Below are positions 1 to 14,291 of a stretch of 64,000 nt of DNA, piece by piece. A model generated the notes under the pieces. The model saw only the letters and a list, made by a program, of their open reading frames with translations. It was not told the origin of the DNA and searched no databases. The number at the start of each line of letters is the position of its first letter. Within the stretch, counting starts at the first letter, position 1. The position numbers and the translations under genes were made by a program. Origin of the DNA: Hemiscyllium ocellatum (Eukaryota). The DNA lies in NCBI RefSeq assembly GCF_020745735.1, contig NC_083438.1, positions 10,381,867 to 10,445,866 of the forward strand, given 5' to 3'.

Positions 1-2510
1 AATAGACCTGCACTCCAAGATCTCTCTGCCCATCAACTTTTCCCAAGGCTCTTCCGTTCATTGTATAATTCACTCTAGAATTAGTCTTGCCTACATGCAT
101 CACCTCACGTTTGTCTGGATTGAAAACCATCTGCCACTTTTCCGCCCAAATCTCTAGCCCATCTATAACGTCCTTTATTCTCTGATAGTGCCTTATACTT
201 TCTGCTACTCCACCAATCTTCGTGTCATCTGGAAAATTGCTGATAATACCAACAGTGCCCTCTTCTAGATAATTTATGTATATTACAAACTACAGTAGCC
301 CCAACACTGATCCCTGTGGAACACCTTTCTCCATTTCGAGAAACTCCCTTCAACTACTACTTTCTGTCTCCTGTTTCTCAACCAGTTCTTTATCCACCGA
401 GCTAGAACACCCTGCCATACCATATGACTTCAATTTTTCCATTAGTCTACCATGGGGAATCTTAACAAACGCCTTACAAAAGTCCATGTATATGACATCT
501 ACAGTCCTTCCTTCATCTAGCAACTTGCTCACTTCCTCAAAGAACTCAATAATGCTGGTAAGGCACGATCTCCCCCGCACAAAACTATTTTCCCTATCAC
601 TGATAAACCCATTCTTTTCTAAATATAAGTAGATCCTAGCCCTCAGTACCTTCTCCAGCAACTTTCCCACCACTGACATCACGCACACTGGCCTTTGGTT
701 ACCCAGAATATCCCTACTACCCTTCTTGTACAGGGGGACAACATAAGCTACCCTCCAGTCCTCCGACACCTCACCTGTTTTTAAGGATTCCACAAATATA
801 TCTGTCGGGGCCCCAGCTATTTCCTCTCTTGCCTCCCTCAGCAACTTGGGTAGATCGCATCCTGTCCTGGGAGTTGTCCACCTTAATAACCTCTAGCATA
901 CACAATACATCTTCCCTACTTATGTCAACGTGATCCAGACTATTCAAACTTCAATCCTAATCTCAACATTCATCATGTTCCTCTCCTCAGTGAACACTGA
1001 TGCAAAGTAATCAATCAGAATCTCACCCAGTCTCTCAGGTTCGGCACACAGCCTTTCTTTGTTGTCCTTTAGTGGCCTAATCCTTTCTCTAGTTACCCTC
1101 TTGCTTCTTATATAAGAATAAAATGTTTCGAGATTCTCCTTATTTCTGCGAGCTAAAACTACTTCATAACCCATTTAAGCCCATTTGATTCCTCATTTAA
1201 GACTTGTCCTACTCTTCCGATATTCTTCCGGGGCCCGTTCTGTTCTTAGCTGCCCAGTACGCTTCCCTTTTCCTCTTGGCTTTTCGCAAAATTTCTCCTG
1301 TTATCCACGGTTCACGAATATTGCACTTCCTATCCTTTGCCATCAACGGGACATGCCTATCCTGCACTACCTTTAATCTAGGAGAAAGTGAGGACTGCAG
1401 ATGCTGGAGAACAGAGCTGAAAATGTGTTACTGGAAAAGCGCAGCAGGTCAGGCAGCATCCAAGGAACAGGAGAATCGACGTTTTGGGCATGAAGAAGGG
1501 CTCGTGCCCGAAACCTCGACTCTCCTACTCCTTGGATGCTATCTTTAACCTACCTTTGAAAGCCTCCCACATCTCAAATGTGGACTTCCCTTCATGAATG
1601 CTATCTTCATAATTCTTACAGTCTCCAGTCTCCACATCACTGCCTACCTATTTTCTCTTCTTGTTCCCTGTCTCCTGCCACATTAGTTTAAATATTCCCA
1701 ACAGCAGTAACAACGCTGGCTAGCACGTGGCATTGGTAGCAATCCCAAGATCACTACCTTCGAGGTCCTCTCTTCAATTTCTTTCATAGCTCCCTGAATT
1801 CTTCTTTCAGGACCTCAACTCATTTTCTGCTTATATTGTTGGTGCCTATATGCACCAAGACAACTGGCTGTTCACCCTCCTCTTTTAGACCGCTCTGCAG
1901 CTGATCGGTGATATACCTGACCTGAGCACCTGTGAGGCAACAAACCATCCAGAAGTCACATTTTCAGGGACAGAACCGCCTATCTACTCCCTTTAAAAGA
2001 GAATTCCCTATGACAATGGTCCAACGAGTGGTTTTCCTGCCCTTCTGAACAGCAGTACCCACCACTGTGCCATGATCTTGGCAATTGCTGCCCTCCCCTG
2101 GTGAGCCATCTCCCCCAACAGTATCCAAAATGGTATAGCAGTTTTGGAGGGAGATGACCGCAGGCAGCACCTGCTCTGCCTTCCTACTCTTTTTCTGCCT
2201 TTTGGTCACACATTCATTGTCTCCCTCAGCAATTCTAAACTGTGGTGTGACCAGTTCACGAAACATGCTATCCATGCCCTCCTCAGCATCGCGGATGCTC
2301 CACAGTGAGTCCACCAGCAGCTCCAGAGCCGTCATGTGGTCAAACAAGAGCTGCAGCTGGACACACTTCTTGAAAGTGTAAGAGGCAGGAATGTCAGCCA
2401 CGTCCCTGAGCTCCCACATCAAGCAAGAGGTACATACCACGGGTCTGAGTCAACCATTGTTGTTTTGCTAAAAGGTTGCCATAGTGCAGTGGAAGTTTAT
2501 AGTATCTATT
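1..2510 (-). mobile_element. CR1-type LINE (ORF1 + decayed ORF2), runs off the window start
   Basis: ORF 1964-2440 has a C-x2-C...C-x2-C ORF1 N-terminus (MVCTSCLMWE...KKCVQLQLL) and an esterase-like IVIGNSLLKGVDRRFC. ORFs 350-1174 are RT-proximal (VVPLYKKGSRDILGNQRPV...GRSCLTSIIEFFEEV...VDVIYMDFCKAF). ORF1 appears to join directly to the post-endonuclease linker. Confidence 0.88.
1381..1539. mobile_element. Short palindromic Penelope-type terminal-repeat insertion inside the CR1
   Basis: Inverted arms (...catccaaggaacaggagaatcgacgttttgggca / tgcccgaaacctcgactctcctactccttggatg). Flanked by ctttaatcta / ctttaaccta, a near-TSD. Confidence 0.7.
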
Positions 2511-2554
2511 TGCCTTATAGACATCTTATATTTCAAGATTTTCCCTTATCCATG

Positions 2555-2589
2555 GTGTGTGTGTGTGTGAGAGAGAGAGAGAGGGAGAG

Positions 2590-2625
<36 letters not shown>
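2555..2625. repeat. (GT)n(GA)n compound microsatellite
   Basis: Directly visible next to the CR1 5' end. Confidence 0.95.
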
Positions 2626-2626
<1 letters not shown>

Positions 2627-2854
2627 CTGACGAGAATCCTATTTCTTTTGGTATTCTCTAATTAGATTCAGTGGTTCAGCCTTTTTTACATGAATGTTCG
2701 TGTTTACTTCGGTGTTTTTTTGGAACTGAGAATTAACCGGAGTTCAGAACAGTTAGGATCATATAATTTGTGCTGCTATTTAAAACAGATCTGTATCTGC
2801 TCAAATTTTCCAATTATTGACTCAGAGTCCATGACTTATGAGGAATTAATATAA

Positions 2855-3076
2855 AGTTAAAAATCACCCAACACCAGGTTATAGCCCAACAGGTTTAATT
2901 GGAAGCACACTAGCTTTCGGAGTGACGCTCCTTTACCAGGTGATTGTGATCACCTAATGAAGGAGCGTCGCTCCGAAAGCTAGTGGGCTTCCAATTAAAC
3001 CTGTTGGACTATAACCTGGGTGTTGTGTGATTTTTAACTTTGTACACCCCAGTCCAACACTGGCATCTCCAAATCA
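2855..3076. mobile_element. Palindromic Penelope-type miniature insertion with 12-bp TSD
   Basis: TSD gaattaatataa at 2843-2854 and 3077-3088. Arms of ~85 bp (ttaaaaatca...ctagctttcggag / ctccgaaagctag...tgatttttaa). Hammerhead-like core ctAatga-aggagc..gctcc-gaaag-cta. Confidence 0.8.
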
Positions 3077-3149
3077 GAATTAATATAATGCTGACATGAC
3101 AAAGAAAGGTTAAAACATAACCTCAGAGGACGTTAGGGTGCTATAGAGA

Positions 3150-3860
3150 AACATACGTTAAGTGAGTAGTCAAAGACCTGACAAATAGATTTTTACGTGG
3201 ATAAATCTGAAGTCGTCCATTTTGACTGGAAGAAAAGCTTCATTTTAAATAGAGGGTGACTCCATAGCTCTGAGATACGTTGGGATCAGAGTATAGCCTT
3301 ACCTTAATTCACAAAGTGCTAGCACACAGACGCAATGCGTAATTAGGAAAGTGAATAAATATTTTTCTTTTATCGTGGAGGAATTTAAACACAAAAGTAG
3401 AGAGCACTGCTGAGCTTGTATTTTGAATGCTCTAATTCCAATTGATCACCCTGTTTATGGAAGGAAGTAAATACATTGGAGGCAATTCGGAGAATGCTTA
3501 CCAGAATAATACCTATTGAATGACTTGTCATACAAAGGGAATTCGGATAGTCTAGGCTCTTGTCAGTTTGTGTTTAGGAGAGGAAGAGACAAATTCATTG
3601 AAACAAGATGTTTCCTCCTACAGAAGAGACGAGAATAAAGGATTACTGTCTAAATGTCAGTGTTTGTCCATTAAAAATAGATTGAGATGATTTGTTTTAT
3701 CTCGAAATGTGGAAACTCTGCCACATTATTAAAGCAGAGCTATGGGATATTTTAAAGGCAAAGATAAATAGTTTATTGTTGAGAGAGGAATGGTGAAAGG
3801 TTTTCATGGTAGGCAGGAATGTGGATTTAAAGTTACAATAAATGAGACATACTTATGTTG
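3150..3860 (+). mobile_element. Degenerate CR1 3' fragment (~)
   Basis: Eroded similarity to the CR1 RT C-terminus and 3' region (e.g. tacattggaggcaattcggagaatgcttaccagaataatacct). Confidence 0.55.
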
Positions 3861-5239
3861 AAAATCTAACTCTCCCTGTTTGTATGGGATGTGGCAGGTT
3901 TATTAAATTTCCTAATTGGAGTTCCAATGTAAAGATTCAACAAACAAGTTTATAATGCTGAAATCCTCCACCTTCAGAGCTTTAAAATCACTTAATTTGT
4001 GCTGTAACACCGATTGCAAATATGGAAACTGTGATACTTCCAAGGCAGAAGAGATTCCAGTAATGAACGCACTGATCACAAAGAAAGTTTTAGTCCAATG
4101 TGTGACTGAAATAAGATTCATCTAGAACACAACAATGTGAAAGAAAATTAGTGCCACTTCCCGTAAGTTCTATGGAGGGGCTTCTGTCTGAGTACATGCC
4201 ACAGCAATGTAACAAACACCAACCTACAGCAGTCACATTAACAAAGTTGCTTTAATATGTCTGTAATGTTTGCATTTTTCTGAGAGATTAGAGATTTTAT
4301 TTGCTAAAAGATAGTTGCATCAATAGAAAACCTTCAAAAGTGGTCAGTGGAAAATTGCTTGTCGATTCAATATTCAGATCTCAATTTGTAGTCGAACATT
4401 TAGATAGCTGAACTCTGAAGAAAGGATAAATATATTGAACGATTAGTGTTCCTATCTTCTCTGCTCCCCTCAAGCTGCGTGTCGTGTCTTTCAAATCCCC
4501 TATGAAAGTTTTAAAGAAAAAAACCTACTGTTTTCAATTGTCCCACTTCCTCTGGAAGTTGATCTACTTCATAAATACAGTTGATCAAAGAATATAATAC
4601 TGAATCCCTGAGCATCCAACAATTTTATACAAACCATCAGCCAATTGTGCATACAATACCTAGCTTAAAATGTCTTTTTTCATGACTCATTTGAGCTGCG
4701 TATACTGTGAAGAAACTGGGAAATCTAATGTCTCCAGGGACAGTTGCAGAAAATAAATTTGCTCCAGTTTGTGTATAAATTATCCTTGATTCAGAATTCA
4801 AAGATGTGAAAGGATATTGCTGGAGAGCTGTTGTTTCGATTGTTGATAGGTTGCCTCTTGAAAGCATGTGATAGCAGTGGAACAAACACCTTTGCAGACC
4901 AGACCACAGCAGTCACACTACATTTGCATCCCTAATGCTCGCTTTGTTCCTACAGGTTGAAGCTATTATTTAACTAGAACAACAGAGAGCAACCAAATAA
5001 AACCCGAAAGAACTGTGAATGCTGTAAATCAGAAAGAAAAACAGAGTTGCTGGAAAAGCCATTGCTTTAATACATCCAAATCTCTTCAGTGAAACGTTTC
5101 CCCTTCATCAGCCCTGTCCAGACCGTTTTACCTCCCACTGACCTCTCTGATCTATACTGTAAGAAAAAATTGCATCTCCCCGATATTCTCTGCCTCTTCC
5201 CCTATCTTGCAAACCAGTTTTGTAAGTTTGACACAAAAA

Positions 5240-8200
5240 AAATCACCAACTCATGCAGTCATCCTTCCGCAGTGTGAACAGTTTTTAAAAAGCAGCTGAA
5301 TAAGCGCTGCAATACTGAATCCAGATCCTTCAGCCATTCCGTCAGCTGGCACACAATTGTATACGCAGGCAAATGCTGATTTCAGTGACTAAACTTTCCT
5401 GTTCAATTGCAAGCTTGGTAAACCTGACAGCCTAAATGGCGATGGAGATGGAAAACCGTGCTATCCAAATCTAAGGCGGTCTAGAAAAAGTATGTTTGAC
5501 ATGATATGTGACCATGATTTTACTTCATTCAGAGTACAAGAAAGTGGAAGTAAGTTGGTGGTGGGCAGGCAGTTACGGTAAGTTAACGTACAGACCCCTC
5601 ATGAAAACACCACACAGCAGTGCAGAGATTACCATTCCCGACCGTAGCAATCACATATTGCCTCTCCAATATCTACATTGTTCTTTGGGTCAGAGAGTTT
5701 TTTTTTCAAAACAGACAGTTTTAGGAGAGGACATCAAGGAAGCTTGAATTCAAAATTGCAATCAAATTTGGGTTTACTTACCTCTGATCATTTTAGTCTC
5801 TTAAAATGAATATATTCAAGAAATACGTATCCAGTCACACTCTCATCCTTATCACCAGCTATAGTGTCCGTGAAACCTGTGATAGGGTTTGAACAATAAA
5901 CTCAGTATTGATTGCCGTATCCATCTGGATTGTAAGAAGTTTAACAAAAGCAGCTGAACTCAAGCTGTACGGCTGAATCCAGAGTCTTCAGCCATTCAAG
6001 CAGCTGGTACTCAATAGTAGCTGGAGGCAAGTGCTAACGTACGGACTTAATTTATCTTGCCTAACCAGTTCCAGGCATGGCAAGGTTGACAATCCAAACT
6101 GCATGGGATATGGAAAATATAGTTCTCCAGGATTGTTTGCAATAACTAGAAAATATGTTTGATATTTTGTGTAATTCGTACTTCATTTGTTATTATATTC
6201 TCCAAGGCATTTACTGGAGAACAAGCAGTTCCTTTGAAGTTATGTAGATATTTCCTTCCGCATCCAGTAACCATGTAGCAGGCCCTAGTTACCACAGTCA
6301 GCTTAACCCACAAAATATGTATTACATCCAAAAGTCAGAAGATGGTGTTCTTTCTTACACAAGACTTTTGCCGTCATAATTTTATGAATTCTGGTGAAGT
6401 CCTGCTGGTTGAACTGAGAGCTGGATTATAACGCGATGGTTGGTAGTGCCAAAGGTGGCATGGTACTGACAGTAGCTAATACAGAAGTTGCTGCGTGGTC
6501 ACAAACCATTATTGAAATGGCATGATCCAGAGAGCTAACAGCAATAACAGAGAGAAGGCAGAGCAGTGACCTTTCCTTTACTGCCATTAGTGGTGGGTAT
6601 TGCTGAGCCTGTACTAAAGAGATTTGCAGGCCAAAGCGCACTGTGGGAGTTGAGCTCTATTGTTTACAAAACAGACAGACATGAGTGGTTCTCAATTGGT
6701 GCCTTCATTTGCCCACCACTGACAAGATAACATAATGGTGCAGAAGGGAGTTGGGCTTTGCTCCTGAACTCCCCTCCACTTGGCCTGACTCATGAGAATC
6801 TTGGCAAGAGCCAGAAAACATGGAAGATGCAGCCCTGTATGTGGAGACAGTACCAAAGGTCTTCATTGGAGATATTGGCAAGTTGGTTGCCTAGTCTCCT
6901 TTTGGGCCTGGAGCTCTTTAGTTGAGATACTTTGAGACGTTGCAACAAGAATAAAGTATTGAAGAAATGAATTTGTTGCATCGTGTCTCCCTTTCTTTGC
7001 TACCACACTCCAGCCTCATTATCTTGTCTTGCAAACAGCCAATGAGGGTTTTGGGGTAATAAATCACCATCTACTGTAATTGTATCTTGAAATAGTTTTA
7101 CAAAACTAGCTGCCCATGACTTGAAATACTGATTCAATTTTTCAGGTTTATAATGATGATTTTATTGTGGATGTAGATGCACGCTTAAAATGACTGAAGA
7201 GCACTTTTCTGACTATTTGCAGATCACCTGATAGTCCAAAGTACAAGGTCTATGGACTGTATACTCCAATATCCATCATGAAAAAAATAAGTTTGGAAAC
7301 AATACGGCTTAATGTTTTGCTCCATTCAGAGTACACAAAATAGAAAGGAAATCACTTTCCAGGTACTTTTCAGGAAACAGCACACAGCAGTGCAGGGAAC
7401 ACCACTCCAAGCAAGAGCATTTGCATTACTGTCTCTCTGTTATCGGCATTAGAATTAGGGCTTCAGAATTTTGGCTCAAAAATATTGTATTAGGAGAGGA
7501 CATCAAAGACACTTCATTGTAATTTGCTTGCATTTTGTTATTGAAGTTTCTAAACTCTGAATATGGGTACATTCAAGAACTTGATATCCAATTTCTGTCT
7601 TTAATTGTTATCACCAGCAACAAAGGTTTTGAAGAACAAATTCACCATCTATTGTAGTCACCCATCTGGAGTGTGACCAGTCTCACTCAAACGGCTGAAT
7701 GCAGGCTGCAGTCCTGAATCCAGAATCTTCAATCTTTCAAACAGCTGGCACACAATTGTGGGATGGAGGCAAATGCTTTAAATAACTTCATTTATCTTTT
7801 ATGAACAATTGCAGGCAAAGTAAGTGTGACAATCCAAACTGCGATGGAAATGAAACCTATAGTCTGTCAGGATCAACTGAAGAGATTAGAGAACAATGTC
7901 AAATACGCTATTCCAGGCCATAGTTAGCACATGACGGAACTGCTGGGCTCTACCTCCCAAGTGTGTATTTTTCCTGGAAGTTAGTGTGTAGTGGTTCTTT
8001 TTTAAAAACAAGACATTTGCAGTAATAATGTTGTGAATTATGGTGGAGCCCTGTTGCTTGGACTGAGAGCTGGAGCCAGCGCTGCTGTGAATGATGGCAC
8101 CACTAATGTTGGCATGCTGCTGATGTGGACTGATCAAGAAGCTGTTGCTGGGTCACTATCCCAAGAATGAAATGGCCCAATCTAAAAAGCTGATGGTTTA

Positions 8201-8500
8201 ATTGGAACAATAGCAGAGTGGCAAACCTTTCTGTGCCACCATTAATGTTTGCAATTACTGAGCCAATACCCATTGATGAGGAAAAGTCAATCTATATGTA
8301 GAGCCAGCATCCAAAGCTCTTCACTGGAGAAATTGGACAGCTAGTTGCCCTTCTCTAATTGCCCTAAGCTCTTTATTTGAAACTTTTCTAGACTATGCAA
8401 CACGTGTAAAGCATTGAAGAAATGGGTTTGTCACATCCTTCATTTCCATGTTCCAGCCTGCCTGTCAGTGGCTTGTAAGCCAGACACTCCTTTTCCAGTT
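5240..8500. repeat. Ancient nested direct duplication (two ~1.75-kb units, each with an internal ~650-bp repeat)
   Basis: Exact anchors: cacacagcagtgcag 5611/7381; taggagaggacatcaa 5722/7491; gacaatccaaactgc 6088/7828; cagctggcacacaattgt 5343/7742, with the variant cagctggtactcaatagt at 6001. Confidence 0.8.
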
Positions 8501-10387
8501 TCTAAAAATGGTTTTTATTCTGAACGTAAATGTTTGCTTACATTGACTTAATAGCACTTGATGACCATTTGCAGCTCCGAAAACATCAACTGCTGAAGGT
8601 GCAAGGCAGCTGGTGATCCTGGTTCTCCAGAAACTAAGAAAGTATTGAAAAATCAGCTGAATACAATGTGTGACTGTCTATTAATAGCTAGCAGGTCTGG
8701 CTGTATCTGTGGAGTGAAAACAGAGTTAATGTTTTTAGTTGAATGACTCATGTTCAGAACTTCAGATCTCTCTGAAGAAGGGTCACTTGACTCAAGGTGA
8801 ACTCTGCTTTCTCTCCACAGATGCTGCAAAATATGTTGAGTTTCTCTAGAAACTTCTGTATATCTATCAGATTGTCAACTTCTACAGTTTGATTTTACAT
8901 TAAAGAAATTATTGACTGGCATATAATCTTTACTGTATCGTTAGTCTTGTAAAAAGACATTTTAGGTGGAAGCTTGCAATTAATGCTGCAGACCTGATGA
9001 TGGGACTGAAACCTGGAGGTTTTGGCATATGCTAAGGATGATATATTGCCAGCAGTGACCAATGCAGAGATTCTTCATTGGTGAAGGGCTTTTCCCCGAA
9101 ATGGCGATTTTCCTGCTCCTGAGATGCTGCCTGACCTGATGTGCTTTTCCAGCTCCATTCTAATCTAAAATGAAGAGATTCTTGCCAGGGTTACTTATCA
9201 ATTGACGGTGCATCTTAGTTTCAAGAGCTGCTACTCCAGTAGGAGGGAGGACAGATCAACAATTTTCTGAGCCCTACTATTCACGCTGATCATTGCTGAG
9301 GCTGCAAAGGTAGGCACAATCAGGGAAATGAGGGCGGCAGCCCTGAGAGATCGTGGAGAGTCAAGATGTCAAAGAGAACTTGTCTATGTTAGTATGGTTT
9401 AGCAATAAGAGGGTGCCAGACTCCCTCCTGCCAGTTTCCAAATTCTACCACCTCCCAATTAAAAGCCAATGAATTATTGGACATGCATTAACTCAAAGTC
9501 TTTCAATAATCATTTCCAGCCCTTCAATGTTCAGGCCTTCAGTTGTTCACTTCCAAGCACTGGACTGTGCAATGTGGCTGAACATGTTGGAAACCCATTG
9601 ACTACCTAACTCTCTGCTTCCCAATACTATTACATCGGTCACCTCCCCTCACCCCCATCTCTTCAAAAAGAACAGGCCATGGTATTCTGCAAACCTCTGT
9701 GAAAGTTGAAAAAAAGCCAACATATATTGCAGTCATAGCTTTTAAAAGTGGCCTTTTTTAACAGAATGTAATGTTAAAAGGAATTTCTGGGGAGCAGGAA
9801 TTTCTGTAAGATTTCTGGAGGAACTTCCGCTTGACAGCATCTCCCAGTGCTATAGCAAGCACCATCATTCCAGACCACAGCCCCTCACAATATTTGCATT
9901 GCTCCTGGTGATAACAGTGATTCCTCTTTTTTTTAAAAAGATGCTGTATCAGCTCAATAGAGCCTTTCGATCTTCAGGATTTATTTTCAAATGTTTGCAA
10001 GTCATTTATAGGTGTAAGTCCTTTGTTTAATTTGTGCTTCACGATGACTTGTGGCTGGGGACATTTTGACATACCAGATTCTCAGAAGGATGGGAGTCAA
10101 AGTTTGCCAGACATGTGGAAGCAAGTCTGTTTTGATCTGATTTTGATGTGGTTTAGTTATGCTTCATTTGGAATACAACAATGTGAAAGGGAATGTTGGA
10201 GAACAGTTGATTCCTTCAAATGTTTTGTGCAATGCGACGAATGCCAGTTCAAACAACAGCAGCTACATTTACAAGGCTGTTAGACTGCCTTCCAAGGATT
10301 TAATATTAGTGACAGAGTTGTCATAAACACTAGTACCACCATCCTAAATGCTGAGACGGGACATTGCTTGCTTATCAATGTTGAGGT

Positions 10388-10595
10388 AAAAAAAATGAGG
10401 TCTGCAGATGCTGGAGATCACAGTTGAAAATGCGTTGCTGGTTAAAGCACAGCAGGTCAGGCAGCATCCAAGGAATACGAAATTCGACGTTTTGGGCATC
10501 TTTCCTGATGAAGGGCTTATGCCCGAAACGTCGAATTTCCTATTCGTTGGATGCTGCCTGACCTGCTGTGCTTTAACCAGCAACGCATTTTCAAC
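10388..10595. mobile_element. Palindromic Penelope-type miniature insertion with 15-bp TSD
   Basis: TSD tatcaatgttgaggt at 10373-10387 and 10596-10610. Near-perfect ~85-bp arms agttgaaaatgcgttgctgg...gggcat / atgccc...cattttcaact. Confidence 0.88.
10502..10535 (+). ncRNA. Minimal type I hammerhead ribozyme motif (PLE-associated)
   Basis: UUC-CUGAUGA-A-GGGC(UUAU)GCCC-GAAAC-GUC-GAA: intact core, stem II, GUC cleavage triplet and a 3-bp stem I (UUC/GAA). Activity is not testable here. Confidence 0.7.
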
Positions 10596-13272
10596 TATCA
10601 ATGTTGAGGTTCTGTTTCTGGACATTGGAGCCATCGTGAAAATACTGAAGAATTGGGTTCCTCTCCTTCACCCCACCTCACCGCTTCACTTTGTTTCACT
10701 TTCCTGCTCATCCTCACTCCCCCACCCCCCATTCCATACTACCTACAAAATCATCACCATGGTCTCCATAGTTTGGTGACATTTGATGAAATATGGCTTC
10801 ATATTTGAAGAAATATGGCGATGGATTGGGACCAACTCCTGATCTCCTCGCCTTGGTTTATCTCCCATACAAGGTCGCCATAGTATGCTTCGCACTTTTT
10901 ATAAATTTATTTGGCCAGAGGCCATGTGTATCCGCAGAGTCAGGCACTTTCCCTAGTAATAGTTATTTGTTTGAATCAAGCTTATAAAGTGTTTTTTATA
11001 GTGAATCCAATATAGGAAGCATCAAATTCACACCGTTTTACTGATGCCATCAACTAATTGAAGCCTAAATACTGAGGTGATTACACTGCTCTGGGTCAGA
11101 GACCTGTAATTACTCCCGGGCTTAATATGGTCAAATCTTTCAGTAAACTCCGAACAGATGAAAGAGCAGGAGAAGAAAAGGAATAAAATTCACTTTTCAG
11201 CAAAACAGCCAATACTGACTAATATGACACGAACCTTCAATGAATTTGAATTATGAGAAATTATGTATTCGAACTCTGAATCAAACATTGAGTTACAAAT
11301 TGTGCTTGCAAGGGTTAAATTAGCAATAGTGTAGAAAGACCTTGAGTTTCTTTTTCAAAGATAAGCAAGTTAAACTTGAATCCTTGCATTTGGGATGTTT
11401 CCCTCTGTCCCAGTGCAGACAAGTTTTTATTTGACCTCTTTATTTCCCACCCACGAGCTCCTGCCCTCACAGCCAAAACTCTCGATGTTGATTAGAAGTG
11501 CCAAATATTAATTTTGTGATCATGCACATATTTAAAATTATTTAACTGGTACTTTATGACCATATGCTGCTGTGAAAATATTGACACCTCACACTGTGAA
11601 TTAGGTGGAAACCTAAGTTTGTCAGAAACTAAAGGGAACAAATTGGCATGTAAGTTTGGTCTAATGTCAGATTAAATCTGCTATGTTAGTGGTCCAATAA
11701 TGTGAAAGGGAAGTGCTGGCAGTTGTTGTAAGATTATGTCAGGATTGCCTCACGAAGGCATCCCATGGCAGCGTGGTGAACACAAACACAGATGAGAACA
11801 ATCACAGAAAACCACAGCTTGACTGGTTCAGAAATGCTAGGCTTATTTTGAGAGACCAATCTTGAATCAGCATAAAACATCCAAAGGTTTTCAATGGTCG
11901 TTTGAATTTTGCTTGACTTTCAGTATGAAGGTATTGCATAGCCCAGAAATGGCTCTAAACAATGATGACTTACTAAATAAATGGCTTTCTCTTCTTTTCA
12001 CTCTGTTCTGTCTCTTCCATACCCCAACCCCTGCATTCCCTCATTGTGGTGTACTGTACTCATCCTGTGGAAGTCAAAAGAACCGCATACCAACACGAAC
12101 AAGATGGTTCACGATGCATCTTGAAAAAAAAAGTCCCAGCAACATTTTTTTTAGATCATAGGACAGCATTGTCAATACACTCCAGGGGGATGGGCGGGGA
12201 ATGCAGCAATAACTAGCTACATTAGCAAGATTACAAGACTGAGGTACAAGGTATACTGCTTTGTCATTACCCCCTCATTAACTTCACCATTACAAAGCTA
12301 AAATCAGGAGCATTGGAATCTTCACTGATCACCTGGTGATTGATTTAATTGCAACAATAGTCAAGAAGCTCAATATGATCAAAGAGAGAGCAGTTTGATT
12401 GACTGGCAAAAGAACTCACGTACCTAATTTCCACTCCCTTCACCATCACTGAGCTACGATGTTGGGCTACCTAGCACTTACGTAATGAACTGCAGCAACT
12501 CATCAGACTTACACTGAAAGGACCTTTCCTGTCTATGATCTCTATTTCTGAACAGAGCAACTATCAGCTAAAGGTCTGTTACACCTGATTCTAACTTTGC
12601 ATGGATATCTCTGTTCTTTTATTATCACTATGCCAAAATAATGCGATTTATTAAAATTGCAGTCATTGTCTAACTGAAGAAAACTTGTCGACCAGGCTTG
12701 GAATATTGAATCTCAAGTCTGCGAATTTTTTTAGTTAAATTGATTTGGACTTAATTCTGAATAAGTTTACTGATGTTAAATGGCTTAATTTGTTCTCTTT
12801 GATGAACTGCAGTTCCGGAAACATTGTCAGTGCAAATAGTGAGGAAAATGGGAATGCAGGTTCTCCTGGATCAAGTGAAGTAATTACAAAGTAAGTTTAG
12901 TTGCATGCATAACTAAGTTAGTCATTATAACAAAATATGACAAACCATTAGGAAATAACTGGTGAGCTGGTAGTTTGTGCAATGTTATACAACGATCAAT
13001 GGTAACAACTCGGAGGCAATGATTTGATCGGCTCTCAAAGAGGAACTTGCCTATGTTCATTCCCAAGTCATTTTACTATGTGATACTGCAAAATCTCTCC
13101 TTATGAAAATTGTAGATTCGTTTTGAAGACCTTAGTTGAAGCTGCCTCCACTACTAAACTATCAGGCAGAACATTCCAGTTTCCGAATATGCTGTTTTTA
13201 AAGAAAGGGTTCCTTGTAACCATTGTTTTATTTTGCTGATGATCTTAAATCAGTGTCCTTTTCTTCTCAAGC

Positions 13273-13560
13273 CTTTTTAAAAATAGAATCCATACAGAAT
13301 GGAGGCAGGCCACTTGGCCCAACAAGTCCACACCAACCATCCAAAGAGTATCCAATCCAAATGCATTCTCCTACCCTTTTACGCTACTCTATCGAAATCC
13401 CTCATGATTTTGAACACGTTAAAAATGTCTTTATCTTCTGTTCTCCATAAAGAGCAGCCCGAGCTTCTACAAACTATCCACATAGTTGTCCAGTTGCTCA
13501 TCTCTGGTACCATTTTTGTGTACCTTTTGTGCACCTTCTCAAGTCACTTCCTGAAGCTTG
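13273..13560 (-). mobile_element. CR1 3'-end fragment (~)
   Basis: Reverse complement of the CR1 3' tail (atagaatccatacagaatggaggcaggccacttggccc...). Confidence 0.6.
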
Positions 13561-14291
13561 CTGTATAAATACTAGACATAAGGGAAAGGCAGGACTGTTT
13601 ATAACCATTTGTCATAATTTCCTAATTTTGCATGCATGCAACGGTCCTATGTATAATGTTCAGAATCCAATTTGCACTACCAACTTCATAATTTGTGTGC
13701 ATAAACACAATATGTATAAAATGCATTAAATATTAGACTGGGGTCATTTAAGAAAGCATTGATCGTTGTATCAAAAGATTTTAGCTTGAGTATAAAATGA
13801 ACAAGGAACAAACCAGAATAATTCTGAGTTGGAGGAGGGCTGATTTCAATGGGCCAAGAGGGCATTTGAGAAAGGACATTAAAACACAAATCTGGGCAAT
13901 GTTCAGTTACAGCTTTTCATTACAGCTTAACATTTCCATAAGCAGGAAATGTTGGCAAAAGCAATACTCTAATCCCCTGCATGATGTTGCAAAGGATAAG
14001 TATTATTTTTAACCCCAGTGAGAATCGTGCTAAATATAGATAGTTCAGAGGGGAAATAAAGAGTAAGGCAGCTAACTTTAAAAGGGAATCCAAAAGTCAT
14101 CCTTAGTCATAAACATTGAGAGGGTAGCAAAAGAATGAGTGGGGCCAATTATCATAAATGCCCTGTTGAAACTTCATAGGGGCAGGGGCCTGACGGAGGT
14201 ATTATGAAGAGGAAGTTGGTGTCCAGCTCATGCTGAAAAAATGTAGTTGAGACTTGGATGAGATGAAGTTTGACAGAATTTTAGAAAGGCT

